Assembly: GCF_964194155.1 (NCBI RefSeq)
Contig: NC_135913.1
Coordinates: forward strand, 4,898,001-4,962,000
DNA: 64,000 bases
From: Cetorhinus maximus
Taxonomy: Eukaryota
Reading direction: 5' to 3'
The notes under the pieces are model-generated. The model ran no database searches. It saw only the letters and a list, made by a program, of their open reading frames with translations, and was not told the origin of the DNA. Made by a program: the position numbers and the translations under genes. The number at the start of each line of letters is the position of its first letter. The first letter of the stretch is position 1. This document shows, one piece after another, positions 1 to 12,195 of this stretch.

Positions 1-170
1 TAACATATTTTCAGGTCAGGGAACTGATGGAAGAAGATAATCATTTCAATCATGGAGGCTGCTCGCAGTTTTTGAACATTCACGCCGAACCCCATGTACA
101 ACACCCATATACAACACCTTAACCACTCAGTCACCACAGCTGAACAAATGCAGTCTTGGTAAATGCCTGC

Positions 171-297
171 ACAAAAATAGAAAATGCTGGCAAGACTCAG
201 CACGTAATGCAGCATCCACGGGGAGTTAATGTTTCAGGTCAATGACCCAAAGCTGCTGCCTGATCTGCTGAGTGTTCCCAGTATTTCCTATTTTTGT
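171..297. mobile_element. Old degenerate inverted-duplicated Penelope-derived short element
   Basis: acaaaaatagaaaatgctgg..ctcagca..gcagc mirrored by gctgc..tgctgag..ccagtatttcctatttttgt; similar to the younger copies at 6071 and 28006. Confidence 0.55.
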
Positions 298-339
298 ACT
301 GAGCAGATGTTAACATTCGAGCATGATCCTTAAATTCAT

Positions 340-1460
340 TCCTGGGTTCAGAAGAGAGGTTGGGTAAAATGAATCGAACTCTCTGGAGCTTAGAATAATG
401 AGTGACGAGGAGGCATTTCTTCATTCAGAGATTTGTGAATCTTTGAAATTCTGTACCTCGGAGGTTTGGGAGCGCTCAGTAAAGTTGAGATTCATAGATT
501 ATTGAATACTGAGGAGATCACGGAAAATGAAACAGTCCAAGGTTAATTCACCAGCCCGATTGGAACAATGCTTTATTATATAGAGAGATAAACGAGATGG
601 AAAGAGGGAGACAAACAGACAGACATTCAAAAAGTGCCAGATAGAGAATGCAGGGCAGAGGTAAGCGTCAAAATTCTATCTCTTCATTAGCTAAAAGTGG
701 GAAAGATAAAGACTTCCAGTGAAATAAAAATCCGCTCAGAAAGGGGTTCAAAAAGTAAGAGGCACTCATAATAAAAACACGTTAAAAATGTAGACGCATT
801 TCAGTACGATGAAGTAAGAAGTGAAATTGTGAACCTTGGGAGGACGAGTATGGAAAGTAAGGACGCTGTAAATGCCAGAATTTTGTAAAGTGTGGATGGG
901 CAGAGAGATTTGATCTCCATATACATAAAGTTCATAATGTAGTTCGAAAGTCACATTGGTTAGTTGTGTTTATAAATCACGAAAGAGAATATAAAAACAC
1001 CAGGATCATGCTAGAACCTTAGCACTTGTAATTCGATCTTAAAAAGGAGCCTTGTGGTTCAGGGTGGTCACCACTCTTCAGCAAAGGCGTTAGGAAGGGA
1101 ACAGAGGACGATTACTTGGAGGTTTTCAAGGGTGAATTAGTTCAGATATGAGGATTTGTTGGGGAAGTTCGGATTAATTTACTTTGAAAATGGAGAAAGA
1201 GAAAATGACCTAATAGCAGTTTTCCAGGTGATGCGAGGTTTGGAGAGAGTAAACAGGGAAAATAATCCCTCTGCGCGGATCAAAAACTATGGGTCGTGGA
1301 TTTAAAGTCATTGACAAAAGATATAGAGAGTACGGGAGCAGAGACATCATTTTCACTCAGAGTTGGTGGGATCTGGAATGCTCTACCAGTAAAGGTAGTA
1401 GAAGGTGATGCCATGAACAATTTCAAAAGGGAATTGGAAAGGTATTTGAAGACGACCACC
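340..1460 (+). mobile_element. Highly degenerate CR1 LINE 3' fragments
   Basis: ORF 1296 FSLRVGGIWNALPVKVVEGDAMNNFKRELERYL is the typical CR1 ORF2 C-terminus. Confidence 0.7.
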
Positions 1461-1812
1461 TTACAGGCAGATAATAAACAAAAACAATTAAGGAACAACA
1501 GACATAAACGACGCACAGAGGTACAAAGAAAAACTCACGCACAAATGCTCCCGCGCAAACACGCAGACACCTATATAATTAGACACAGAGTGACTAAGAC
1601 AAAGGGAGAGAGGGCCAGAAAGAAGACAGGCACTAATTTGGTTCATTTTTGCTGTATTCATCGCCGAAACTTCGTGAATATACACAGGTGAACAAGAATG
1701 AGAAAAACGCTCCTATTGTTTGTCCCTGTGGGGTGTCAGTTCGCGTGGGGCATGATTCATCCCAAAGGAACTTGGTCAAATTTTGAATTTGAGCGAGTAA
1801 AAAAAAACAGGG

Positions 1813-1893
1813 AGCAGTCGGCAGGATTCGAAGCTGTGCAAGGAAGTCCAATAGATGCTGCGTCCATCACCTTAACCACTAAGCCACTACTGC
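1813..1893 (-). pseudogene. tRNA-Ser-derived pseudogene
   Basis: Reverse complement GCAGTAGTGGCTTAGTGGTTAAGGTGATGGAC...TTCGAATCCTGCCGACTGCT aligns to the Ser tRNA at 20639; B box and T-stem damaged, anticodon loop altered. Confidence 0.8.
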
Positions 1894-2198
1894 GTAAAAA
1901 AAGTGCCAAAATCACGCTAACTTCTGCTGAAAATTATTCTCACGGCGAGCCTCTCGATGCAATTTTGACTTCTTGTATTTGGTCTAAATGCATTTCATCA
2001 CTCTGTTGGTGACATAGATTTGCATTTCCCATCATTTCGACTGAATCTGAGTTGATCCAGAAAGTGATTGTTATAGGTTATTATTCAGGAGAGATGTATG
2101 TGTACCTGTGGGTTATTTCTCAATGCATTCGTGTTTTTGGAGTATTGATATGTAAGGGAGAATTAAATAGGAAGAGAAATGAAATTTCCCCATTGAAG

Positions 2199-3269
2199 TC
2201 AGCCGAATAAATGAGCAAAGAGTAGAGATGCATGTAAACAGATCTGCCTAACCTCAGTGGTGGGGAAACTATTGGAAGTAATTATGAGGGGCAGAATTAA
2301 TCTACTATTGGAGAGGCAAGGATGAATCAAGGACAATAAGCATGGTTTTGTTAACGGGAGGTCATGTCTGCCCAATTTGATTGAATTTTTCGAACAGGTG
2401 ACCAGGTGTGTTGAGGAAGGCAAAACATTTGGCGTAGCCTACTTGGACTTCAGCAAGGCTTTTGATAAGATCCTGCATGGGAGATTGGTAACGAAGGCGA
2501 GAGCCCATGGAATCCAAGGCAACCTGGCAAACTGGATCCAGAATTGGCTGAGTGGTAGAAAGCAGAGAAGTGTTTTTGTGACTGGATGCCTGTGTCCAGT
2601 GAGGCTCCACAGGGATCAGTGTTGGGACCCTTGCTGTTTTTGGTACATATAAACGATTTAGACTTTAATATAGGAAGGGTGATCAGCAAGTTTGCGGATG
2701 ACGCAAAAATTGGTGGGGTGGTAAATAGTGAGGAGCACCGCCTTAGATTACAGGAGGATATAGAAGGGCTCGTCAGATGGGCTGACCAGTGGCAAATGGA
2801 ATTTGTTCTGGGTAAGTGTGAGGTGATGTACTTGGGCAGGACAAACAAGGCACGGGGATACACGATGAATGGTAGGACCCTGGGAAGTACCGACAATCAG
2901 AGGGACCTTGGCGTGCATGCCCACCAGTCCCTTAAGTTAGCCAGACAGGTCGATAAGTTGGTAAAGGAGGCATATGGGATACTTGTTTTTATTAGCCGAG
3001 GCATAGAATGTAAGGGCAGGGAGGTTATGCTGGAACTGCATAAAATGCTGGTTAGGCCACAGCGAGAGTATTGCGTGCAGTTATTGAATCCGCACTACAG
3101 AAAGGATTTGATTGCACTGGAGAGAGTGCAAAGGAGGTTTACCATGATGTTGCCTGGGCTGGAGAGTTTTAGTTATGATGAGAGATTGGATAGACTGGAG
3201 TTATTTTCCCAGGAGCAGAGGAGATTGAGGGAGGGTCATGATTGAGGTTTATAAAATTATGAGGGGCAT
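2199..3269 (+). mobile_element. CR1 LINE 3' part (RT), interrupted by a younger CR1; continues at 7936-8285
   Basis: LDFSKAFDK, PQGSVLGPLLF and KFADD motifs; sequence stops at gaggggcat and resumes as atagttagggtagacagg at 7936. Confidence 0.9.
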
Positions 3270-6070
3270 TGTGTGCTTGCACACGAACAGGAGAGGGAGC
3301 ACATCCTGAGTGGGGCACAACCAGGGTGTGTATTCGGAATTTGGTGCAAAGCTGGAATTCGGTGCATAGGGGAGAGGTGCTCTTTGCATTTTTTCTTCGC
3401 TATCCAACTTCTTAAGTCTTCAGAGCATGCTGCAGCAGTAGAGGCTACAAGGGAAATGAATCACTGGCAAGTAGTGAGTAAAGTGTTTACGACTTTACTC
3501 ACTTACAGTTTAAGGTCTTTTTCTGGTTAACAGTTTGTATATTCTACATTAACGAGGATCAGGAAAGAAGGGCTCTAGAGTAACTGACTTTAAAGGTTTA
3601 ATTTAAAGGGATAAGTCAAAGCAGGAGCACTCGAAGCGGTAGTTTGCTCCTCTTGCTCCATGTGGGAAGCTGCAGATATTTCCAGTGCCCGGGACTAGCA
3701 TGTGTGCAGGAAGTGTGTCCAGCTCCTGGAAGCTCGGGTTTCAGAGCTGGAACGGTGGCTGGGGACACTGTGGAGCATCCGCTAGTCTGAGAGTTTAGAG
3801 AGGTGGTCACACCGATGGTGAAGGGACTTGAGGAAGGAAGGGAATGGGTGACCATCAGGCAGTCCAGGAGAAACAGGCAGGTAGTTCAGAATTCCCCTGG
3901 GGTGCTGCTCGCAAATCGGTATTCCGTTTTGGAAGCTGATGAGTGTGCTGGTTCCTCCAGGGAGTGCGGACAGAGCCAAGCTTCTGGTAGCACAAGCAGT
4001 CTGTCTGCAGAAGAGGGGAGGAAGGGAGGAAGAGCAATATTAATAGGGGATTCTCTAGTCAGGGTAACAGATAGGCGCTACAGTGGCCGTCAATGTGACT
4101 CCAGGATGGTACGTTGTCTCCGTGGTGCCAGGGTCTGGGATGTCATTGAACGGCTGCAGGGCAACCTGAAGGGGGAGGGTGATAAGGCAGAGGTCATATT
4201 GGTATCAAAGACATTTGGAGAAAGAGGGATGAGGTCTTGCATCAGAATTCAGGGCGTTAGGCAGTAGGCTAAAAATCAAGACCTCTCGGGTTGTAATCTC
4301 TAGTGCCAGGTGCCAGCGAGCTCTGAAATAGGAGAATAGCGCAGATGAATACGTGGCTTAAGAGTTGGTGCAGGAGGGAGGGTTTTAGATTTCTGGATCA
4401 CTGGGACCGTTTCTGGAGAATGTGGGACATGTACAAGCGGGACGGTCTATATCTGAACCAGGGCGGGACTAACATCCTTGCGGGGGCATTTGATAGTGCT
4501 GTTGGGAGGAGTTTAAACTAATTTGGCAGGGGGAGAGCACACAGAATGTTAACAGAACAGGGACACATCATAATACAGTAAAACAATGAAGTCAGAGGGA
4601 GTACAGCTGCAATAAGATTCAAGGGAGTAAGGCAAGGCTGGATGACCTCTACTTTAATGCCAGGAGTATTACAGATAGAACGGATGAGTTGAGGGTGAGG
4701 ATTGACACGTGGAATTGTTCTGTAGTAGCCAGCACTGAGACACGGTTGAGGGAAGGGCAGGATTGGCAGCTCAACATTCCGAGATATAGAATCTTCAGGC
4801 GAGACAGGGTAGGGGGTAAAAGAGGAGGAGACGTTGCGTTATTAGTAAAGGAGTTAGTTACTGCAGTAAGGAGAGATGATATCTTCGAATTAAGGTTTGT
4901 GGGTAGAGCTTAGGAATGAAAAAGGGGCAACCACATTAGTAGGTGTTTATTATAGACCCCCAGATAGTTAGCAGGAAATTGAGGAGCAAATGTGTACACA
5001 ATATCTGGAAGTGTGTAACAACAATAACATAGGGTAATTACTTAAGGTGATTTCAACTTTCCCAACATTGATTGGGATATACATAGTGTTAAGGGCTTGG
5101 ATGGGGTGGATTTCTTGAAATGTGTACAGAAGAGCTTTTTCGTTCAGTTTGTAGAGGATCCAACAAGGGACGGTGTATTGCTGGACCTAATTCTGGGGAA
5201 TGAAGCCAGACAGGTGGCTGAGGTGGTGGTGGGCGAGCATTTTAGCGATAGCGACCACAACACGGTACAGTTTAAGTTTGTTATGGACAACGAAATCGAC
5301 AAGTTGCAAAAAAATGTTTTGGATTGGGAGAGAGTGGATTTTAGTAAAATAAGGCAGGTTCTGGCTAAGGTAGACTGGGAACAGTTACTTGTGGGGAAAT
5401 CTACAGAGGAACAGTGGGGGGGTGTTCAAAAAGGAAATGGGGAGGGTGCAGGCTCAACATGTTCACTCTAGGGCGATAGAAAGGAGTAACAAGCCCAGAG
5501 AATCATGGATGACCAGAGATATTCAGGTTATGATGAGGAGGAAAGGAGAGGCTTTTAGCAGGTACAAGGGAAGCGAATCAGCAGAAGCATTAGCGGAGTA
5601 CAGACAGTGCAGAGTGGAGTTTAAGAAAGCAATTAGGAGAGCAAAGAGGGAATAAGAGAAAGCTCTGGCTGGAAAAAAACATGGAAAATCCAAAGATATT
5701 CTATAAGTATATCAATGGCAAAAAGGTAAACAGGGAAAGAATAGGGCTCATAAGGGACCACTCTATGGGTGGAGCCAGAGGACATCGCTAGAGTGTTGAA
5801 TGAATACTTCACGTCCGTCTTCACCCAAGAGAATGAGGATGAAGGTATCTAACTCGGGGAGTGAGACTGCGAGGTTCATAAGCAAATTGATGTAGGGAGT
5901 GACAAGGTATAAGCCTGGCAGGCTTAAAAGTGGTCAAATCTCCAGGTCTGGATGATTTGCGTCTCAGACTGTTGAGGGAGGCAATGAAGGAGATCGCAGG
6001 GGCTCAGACCCAAATTGTTCATTTCTCCCTGGCCACGGAGGAGGGACCAGAGGACTGGAGAACAGCTAAT

Positions 6071-6265
6071 AAAAACAAAAAACTGCGGATGCTGGAAATC
6101 CAAAACAAAAACAGAAATACCTGGAAAAACTCAGCAGGTCTGGCGGCATCGGCGGAGAAGAGCAAAGTTGATGTTTCGAGTCCTCATGACTGTTGAAGGG
6201 TCATGAGGACTCGAAACATCAACTTTGCTCTTCTCCGACGATGCTGCCAGACCTGCTGAGTTTTT
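6071..6265. mobile_element. Penelope-derived short element inserted as an inverted duplication with 15-bp TSD
   Basis: 66-bp arms at 6125-6190 and 6200-6265; TSD tggagaacagctaat at 6056-6070 and 6266-6280. Confidence 0.85.
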
Positions 6266-7123
6266 TGGAGAACAGCTAATGTGGTTCTGCTATATAAGGG
6301 TTGGAGAGATAAGCCAGGGAACTACAGGCCAGTGAGTCTCACGTCAGTGGTAGGGAAACTATTGGAGAAAGTTCTGAAGGAGAGTATCGGCCTCCACTTC
6401 GAGAGGCAAGGTTTGATCAGGGAGAGTCAGCATGGCTATGTCAGAGGGAGGTCATGCCTAACAAATTGGATTGAATTTTTTGAGGAGGTGAGCAGGTATG
6501 TAGATGACAGAAGTGCAGTTGATGTAGTTTTATATGGATTTCAGCAAAGCTTTTGACAAGGTCCCACATGGGAGACTTATGAAGAAGGCAAATGCACATG
6601 GGATACAGGGTAATTTGATAAGGTGGATTCAAAATTGACTTAGTTGTAGGAGGCAGAGGCTGATGACAGAAGGATGCTTTAGTGACTGGAAGCCAGTGTC
6701 CGGTGGCATACCACAGATTTCTGTGCTGGGCCCCCTATTATTTGTCATTTATATAAACGACATAGATGACTATGTGTGGGATAGGATTAGTAAGTTTGCA
6801 GATGACACAAAGATTGGTCGGGTGGTTAACACTGAGGCTGAGTGTATTGGGCTACATGAAGATATAGATGGGATGGTCAAATGGGCAGATAAGTGGCAGA
6901 TGGAATTTAACCCTGATAGGTGTGAGCTGATACACGTTGGAAGGAGTAATTTGACAAGGAAGTATTCAATGAACGGCATGGCACTGGGAAGTTCTGAGGA
7001 ACAAAGGGACCTTGGCGTATGTGTCCATAAGTCTCTGAAGGCAGAGGGCCATGTTAATGTGGTGGTTAAAACGGCATGTGGGACACTTTCCTTAATCAAT
7101 CGAGGCATAGATTACAAAAGTAG

Positions 7124-7343
7124 TAACAAAAAACTGCGGATGCTGGAAATCCAAAACAAAAACAGAAATACCTGGAAAAACTCAGCAGGTCTGGCAGCAT
7201 TGGCGGAGAAGAACAAAGTTGACGGTTGGAGTCCTGATGACCCTTCAACAGAACTAAGTAGAAATAGGAAAGGGTGGGTCATGAGGACTCGAAACGTCAA
7301 CTTGGTTCTTCTCCGCCGATGCTGCCAGACCTGCTGAGTTTTT
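7124..7343. mobile_element. Second inverted-duplicated insertion of the same short element inside the CR1
   Basis: Same sequence family as 6071; the CR1 resumes at gaggtcat (7344); no TSD seen. Confidence 0.85.
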
Positions 7344-7935
7344 GAGGTCATATTGGAGTTGTATAAAACCTTGGTGAGGCCACTGCTGGATTACTGTGTG
7401 CAGTTCTGTTCGCCACATTATACGAAGGATGTGATTCACTGGAGGGGGTGCAGAGGAGATTCGCCAGGATGCTGCCTGTGATGAAACATTTAAGTTATGA
7501 AGAGAGGTTGGATAGACTTGGGTTGTTGTCTTTGGAGCAGAGAAGGCTGAGGGGCGACCTGCTCGAGGTGTACAAGATTATGAGGAGCATGGACAGGTTG
7601 GATAGGGAGCAGCTGTTCCCCTTAGTTGAAGGGTCAGTCACAAGGGGGCTAAAGGTCAAGGTGTGGGGCAGGAGGTTAGGGGGGATGTGGGAAAATACTT
7701 TCCTACCTAGAGGGTGGTGCTGGTCTGGATTGCACTGCCCGGGAGGGTCGTGGAGGTGGATTGCCTCACATCCTTTAAAATACCTGGATGAGAACTTGGC
7801 ACGTCATAACATTCAAGGCTATGGGCCAAGTGCTAGTAAATGGGGTTAGGTAGGTAGGTTAGGTGTTTCTCACGTGTTGGTGCAGACTCAATGGGCCGAA
7901 GGTCCTCTTCTGCACTGTGATTCTGTGATTCTATG

Positions 7936-8285
7936 ATAGTTAGGGTAGACAGGAAGGAACTTTCCCCTTGGTGGAGGGGACAATTGCCAGGGGTGCGTAG
8001 ATTTAAGGTAAGGGGCAAGAGGTTTAGAGGGGATGTGAGGAAGATTTATTTTTCACACAGTGGATGGTAGGACTCTGGAACTCACTACCGGAAAGGGTGG
8101 TAGAGGCAGAAACCCTCGTACCATTTAAGAAGTATTTAGATGTGCACTTCCGATGCCATGACAAGGCTTTGAGCCTACTGCCATAAAAATGGGATTAGAA
8201 TAAATAGAAACTTGTTTGACCGGCGCAGACTTGATTACCGAAGGGCCTTTTTCTTTGTTGTAGACCTCTATGACTCTGTGACTCT
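7936..8285 (+). mobile_element. 3' end of the older CR1 that starts at 2199
   Basis: CR1 ORF2 end and tail ctatgactctgtgactct. Confidence 0.85.
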
Positions 8286-8485
8286 AAACTGCAGAGTGAT
8301 GAATTGATTTGCATCCAATAAACAAAATCAAAAGCACATCCAAATGAACTCTGGTCAGTTTATTTAAATGTCGTTCCCTGGTGATCTAGTAGTAATAGAA
8401 AAGCGCCTCATTTTTCTGCTCAGTACACTGCAGCCTTCTGAACTCATCAGATTAAGTTAGATCCAACTACTAAAGAAATGCGCGG

Positions 8486-8559
8486 AGGCACCGCTGAGAT
8501 TCGAACTCAGGATCTCCTGTTTACTAGACAGGCGCTGTCACCAACTTAGCCACGGCGCC
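8486..8559 (-). tRNA. tRNA-Thr(AGT), near-intact
   Basis: Reverse complement GGCGCCGTGGCTAAGTTGGTGACAGCGCCTGTCTAGTAAACAGGAGATCCTGAGTTCGAATCTCAGCGGTGCCT folds as a cloverleaf; D-arm substitutions relative to the vertebrate consensus. Confidence 0.85.
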
Positions 8560-9513
8560 AAGCTGTGCACCCGACGTTTATTGCAATATTTTCAATTGTA
8601 TCGCACTATTTTACTGCAAGAGAATGGGCAAATATTTGTCTGGTATGAAGCATGCAGCATGCCGGCAGTGCGAAGCGAGAATTTACAGGATCATTCAATT
8701 GAGTCAGATGATCAGCCAGGAGATTCTTCAATGTTTGAGAAGTCGTGAAATACATGAAACACCTGCTCCTATTTCACATGGTCTTACAGACACTACTCAG
8801 AGGAAACACCAGGAATATATTGACCTTGGAGAGTAAGCAGCGCTGATTCGCCAGTTGGAACAGATAATTAGTAGTTTACATTTGGAGTTCAGATATGAGA
8901 ATCATCGTATCGTGCAACCTTAGAATCGTGCAACCTTCGAATGGACACAGCACAGAGGTAGATATTTGGCCTTTCTGGTCTGTGCTAGCACCCTCAAAGA
9001 GATATTAATCGCGTCTTTCTCCCCAGCCGTCTCCACGGTTCCCGCACTTATTTTGTTTCCATTTCGGCTTCTCCCTGTTCTGTTCCGTTGAGTATAGTAG
9101 AATGGAGAGTGATCTGATTGAGGTTTCCACCCTGTAAAAATGAATTGTTAGATCCGTGTTTAGAATAGGGTTGTACCTGAACATGTTTTTCCCGCCGCTC
9201 CACAGCGATCGTGTCGAGGCCAACCAAAAGAAAAGTCAGGAACACTTTTCATACAGGGTAGCTGGAAACCTAGAAACAATTCCTAAAATAATGCATGGAT
9301 ACCGCAACTTCTAGAAGATGCAGTTCTTTACAAATGAAAATGAAAGTCTGCAAGAAAATGAGAAATAGAAGCAGGTGTTTCATGTATTTCACGGCTTCAC
9401 AAACATTTAAGAATCCCCTGGCTGATCAGACGCCTTAATTGAACAATCCGCTCTTCTTGAAGCACTCACCATACATTGCTCCTTCTTGTCGTTTCACTTT
9501 GAGCAAAATGCAA

Positions 9514-9586
9514 CGCCTCGGTAGCGATTGGAGCCCTGAAACCTCAGTTTAAAACTCTGACGCCCTGTCACCTCAACAACCTGAGT
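9514..9586 (-). pseudogene. tRNA-Lys(TTT)-derived pseudogene
   Basis: cgcc..gagccctgaaacctcagtttaaaactctgacgcc aligns to the reverse complement of vertebrate Lys-TTT. Confidence 0.6.
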
Positions 9587-10267
9587 TGTCTTCAAGCTAT
9601 GAAAGCTATGATAGCTGCACTCGCTGACAAGAGACATCACAAGATTTCCTTCACATTTCGTGTTTGGTAATTCACCCTCTACAGCGCATTTCCCTCACGG
9701 GCAGGCCGACAGTCTGCCTTTGGCTTCATTTCACAAACCTTCTAACTTGGACCAACTACTCGCTCCTTACCAGTGACGTGTGATGTGACAACTGTTGCTA
9801 CCCAGGTGTCTGCACTGGGCCTTCAAAGATTTGAAGATCGGATTCATTTGGAGAGATATGAAGTCGCAGATATCGGAGTCGGAAGCTGCAAAGACACAGA
9901 TGGATTTCGCGAGTAGGTATAAAATGTCAAATGGTGTTTGTTGCAGCAATGTGTGAAGGCAAGAAAGCTGATTCGGCTTAACGTTTTAAATTATGTGCAT
10001 ACAAATTGCAATGGTATACATAGATCTTTCAGCCCAAGCTCTTGATTTTAAAAGTTCCACCATTTATCCCTTCCTACTCTTTCCCGAATAATGTGCAGTA
10101 ACGTAAATTATAAAACCATTGCTCAGTCATCGCCGGCAATAATTCAAAATGTTCCTCAAACATGAAGCTCAAAAAGGAGCTGTGACCACATCCGTTCCTT
10201 ACTCGGGCGGATAATTCTGTTTCTGGAGTTCGTTTGATATAAAGCCCCACGCTGACTACGCCGATAA

Positions 10268-10341
10268 AGGCACCGCTCAGATTTGAGCTTAGGACCGCCA
10301 GTTTACGAGACAGGGGCTTGAACCAACTGGCGCACAAGGCC
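10268..10341 (-). pseudogene. tRNA-Thr pseudogene (CGT anticodon)
   Basis: aggcaccgct...gtttacgagacagg...aaccaact...ggcc is collinear with the 8486 tRNA; B box destroyed. Confidence 0.75.
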
Positions 10342-11447
10342 GAATTGTGACAGAGTTTTTTAATGCAAAGTTTTAAATTGTGCCCCACTATTTTGCTGTA
10401 AACATCACTGTTCACTTCCCACGGGGCTCTATGACAGTGCTTTGAAAACTTTGATTTGGAAGAGCTTCGGAGCACCGATATGACTCTTGAAAAGTATAAC
10501 TTAGTTAACGGGAGAGGACAGATGGATTCGTACCAAATTCGGAAGAATCAGGGTGACCTGATTGAAGTATGTACCATTTTATGGTCCTTGACAGGGTAGA
10601 TGTTGGGAACATGTTTCCAAAGGCTCGGGTTTCAAGCACCAGCGCCTCGGAAGAAGGCATCAGCCATTATCCGCGAGATGACAGATATAGAAAACTCCCG
10701 GGGTTCTGTGAGAACCATTGGGATATGAGGATAGTTCAGGAAGTTGCAAATGAGGCAGATCAGTCAGCAAGTTATTGAATGCTTGCGAAGCCGTGAAAGC
10801 CAGTACATGATACACCTGCTTCTATTCCTTTTGTTCTTAGAGACGCTGTAAGGAATAACCAAGGTTATACTGACCTTGCAGTGAAAGCAGTGCAGGTTCA
10901 CCAGGACGATCCCGGGGTTTAGCGGCGTTACATTCGGAGTACGAGTTCCATACACAGAATCTTGGAATGCTTACAGCACAATAGGCTGACATTCGGCCCA
11001 TCGTGTCTGTGCTGGTACTCTGAATGAACAATTCACCACTGCCACTCCCCAGCCGTCTCCAGGGCTCCCTGCGCATTGGTCCTTTCCAGAGCTTCTCCCT
11101 TATTCTACTCCCATGAGCATTGAAGAATAAATGGGGATCGGTTCGGGGTTTGAATGAATTGTTATGTTAATCTTTTTTGTTTCCCGGGCAGCAAGAATAG
11201 AGTTGAATTTAACGATCCGAAGCGATAGTGCCAACCAAGAGAAACGTCAGGAAGCACTTTTTTATACTCAGGGCAGCTGGAAATCCAGAAATGATTCTTA
11301 AACATTATCGAGGCTACCACAATTTCAATAAGATGAATTTTTCCGAAAATCGAAAAATGCATCCGTCATTCTGCTCTTATTGAAGAATTCAGCAGACATC
11401 GTTTTTTGTGTTCGCTTGGGAATTGAGTATCGTGAGTCAAAAACAGC

Positions 11448-11520
11448 GGCCGACACGGACTGGAATGCTGCACCCCTCAGATTAAAGGCCAGATGCGCGG
11501 CCAACAAATCTACGCGACCT
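11448..11520 (-). pseudogene. Very degenerate tRNA-Lys pseudogene
   Basis: cccctcagattaaaggccagatgc core; same position in the tandem unit as the 9514 copy. Confidence 0.5.
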
Positions 11521-12195
11521 TCGTCCGCCAGCTTTCTCATGGGTTCCTCCAATGACTAACAAGAGGCATCCCGACCTTTATCTTTGCTTTTCCTTCTTTG
11601 GAAATTCACTTTCTATATGATATTTCCCTCACAGGCAAACCGACAGCTTCCCTCTGGATTCATTTGACAAACCTTCTGTCTTGCACCAACTAATCTCTAC
11701 TTACCAGTGACGTGTGATGTGACAACTGTTGTCACCCAGGTATCGGCACTGGATCGTCAAAGCTTTGAAGATTGCATTCAGTTCGGGACGATATTAAGTT
11801 GCAGAAATTGGCGTGGGAAGCTCCAAAGGAACAGAGATGGTTTTCACGAGTGGGTGAACGGTTTCACATGGTGTTTGTTGTGGCAAAGAGTGCAAGCAAG
11901 AAACTCATTTGGAGTAACTTTTAAATTCTGTGAATCACAAAGTGTAGGAGGTGGAAATAGATCTGTCAGTTTAAGGTCTTCATCAAAAAGCTCCAACACG
12001 TATTTCCCCCCCATTCCTTCCTGCATAACGCGCAGCAACATAAATCATTCAAATTTGCTCACAGTTATCGCCGGCAATCACTTACGCATGAGCCTCCAAA
12101 GGTGACATTGATCCTATGCGGCTTCTACATACGGGCGCATAATTCTATCTGCTACTGCTGGACGTCATTGGTTTGATTTAAGATCGTGGATTAAT

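Larger units (their letters stand above)
3270..7935 (+). mobile_element. Near full-length CR1 LINE, inactivated (5'UTR, ORF1 with SGNH esterase, ORF2 APE+RT, CTGTGATT tail)
   Basis: ORF1 ILIGDSLVR; endonuclease YFNARSI, LLDLIL and SDHN; RT NYRPVSLTS, PQISVLGPLLF and KFADD; many stops and frameshifts; tail ctgtgattctgtgattctatg. Confidence 0.92.

Noticed and set aside
2586-7849. RT ORFs as a functional or domesticated gene
   Set aside because: They are fragmented by stops, frameshifts and insertions, i.e. ordinary dead CR1 copies.
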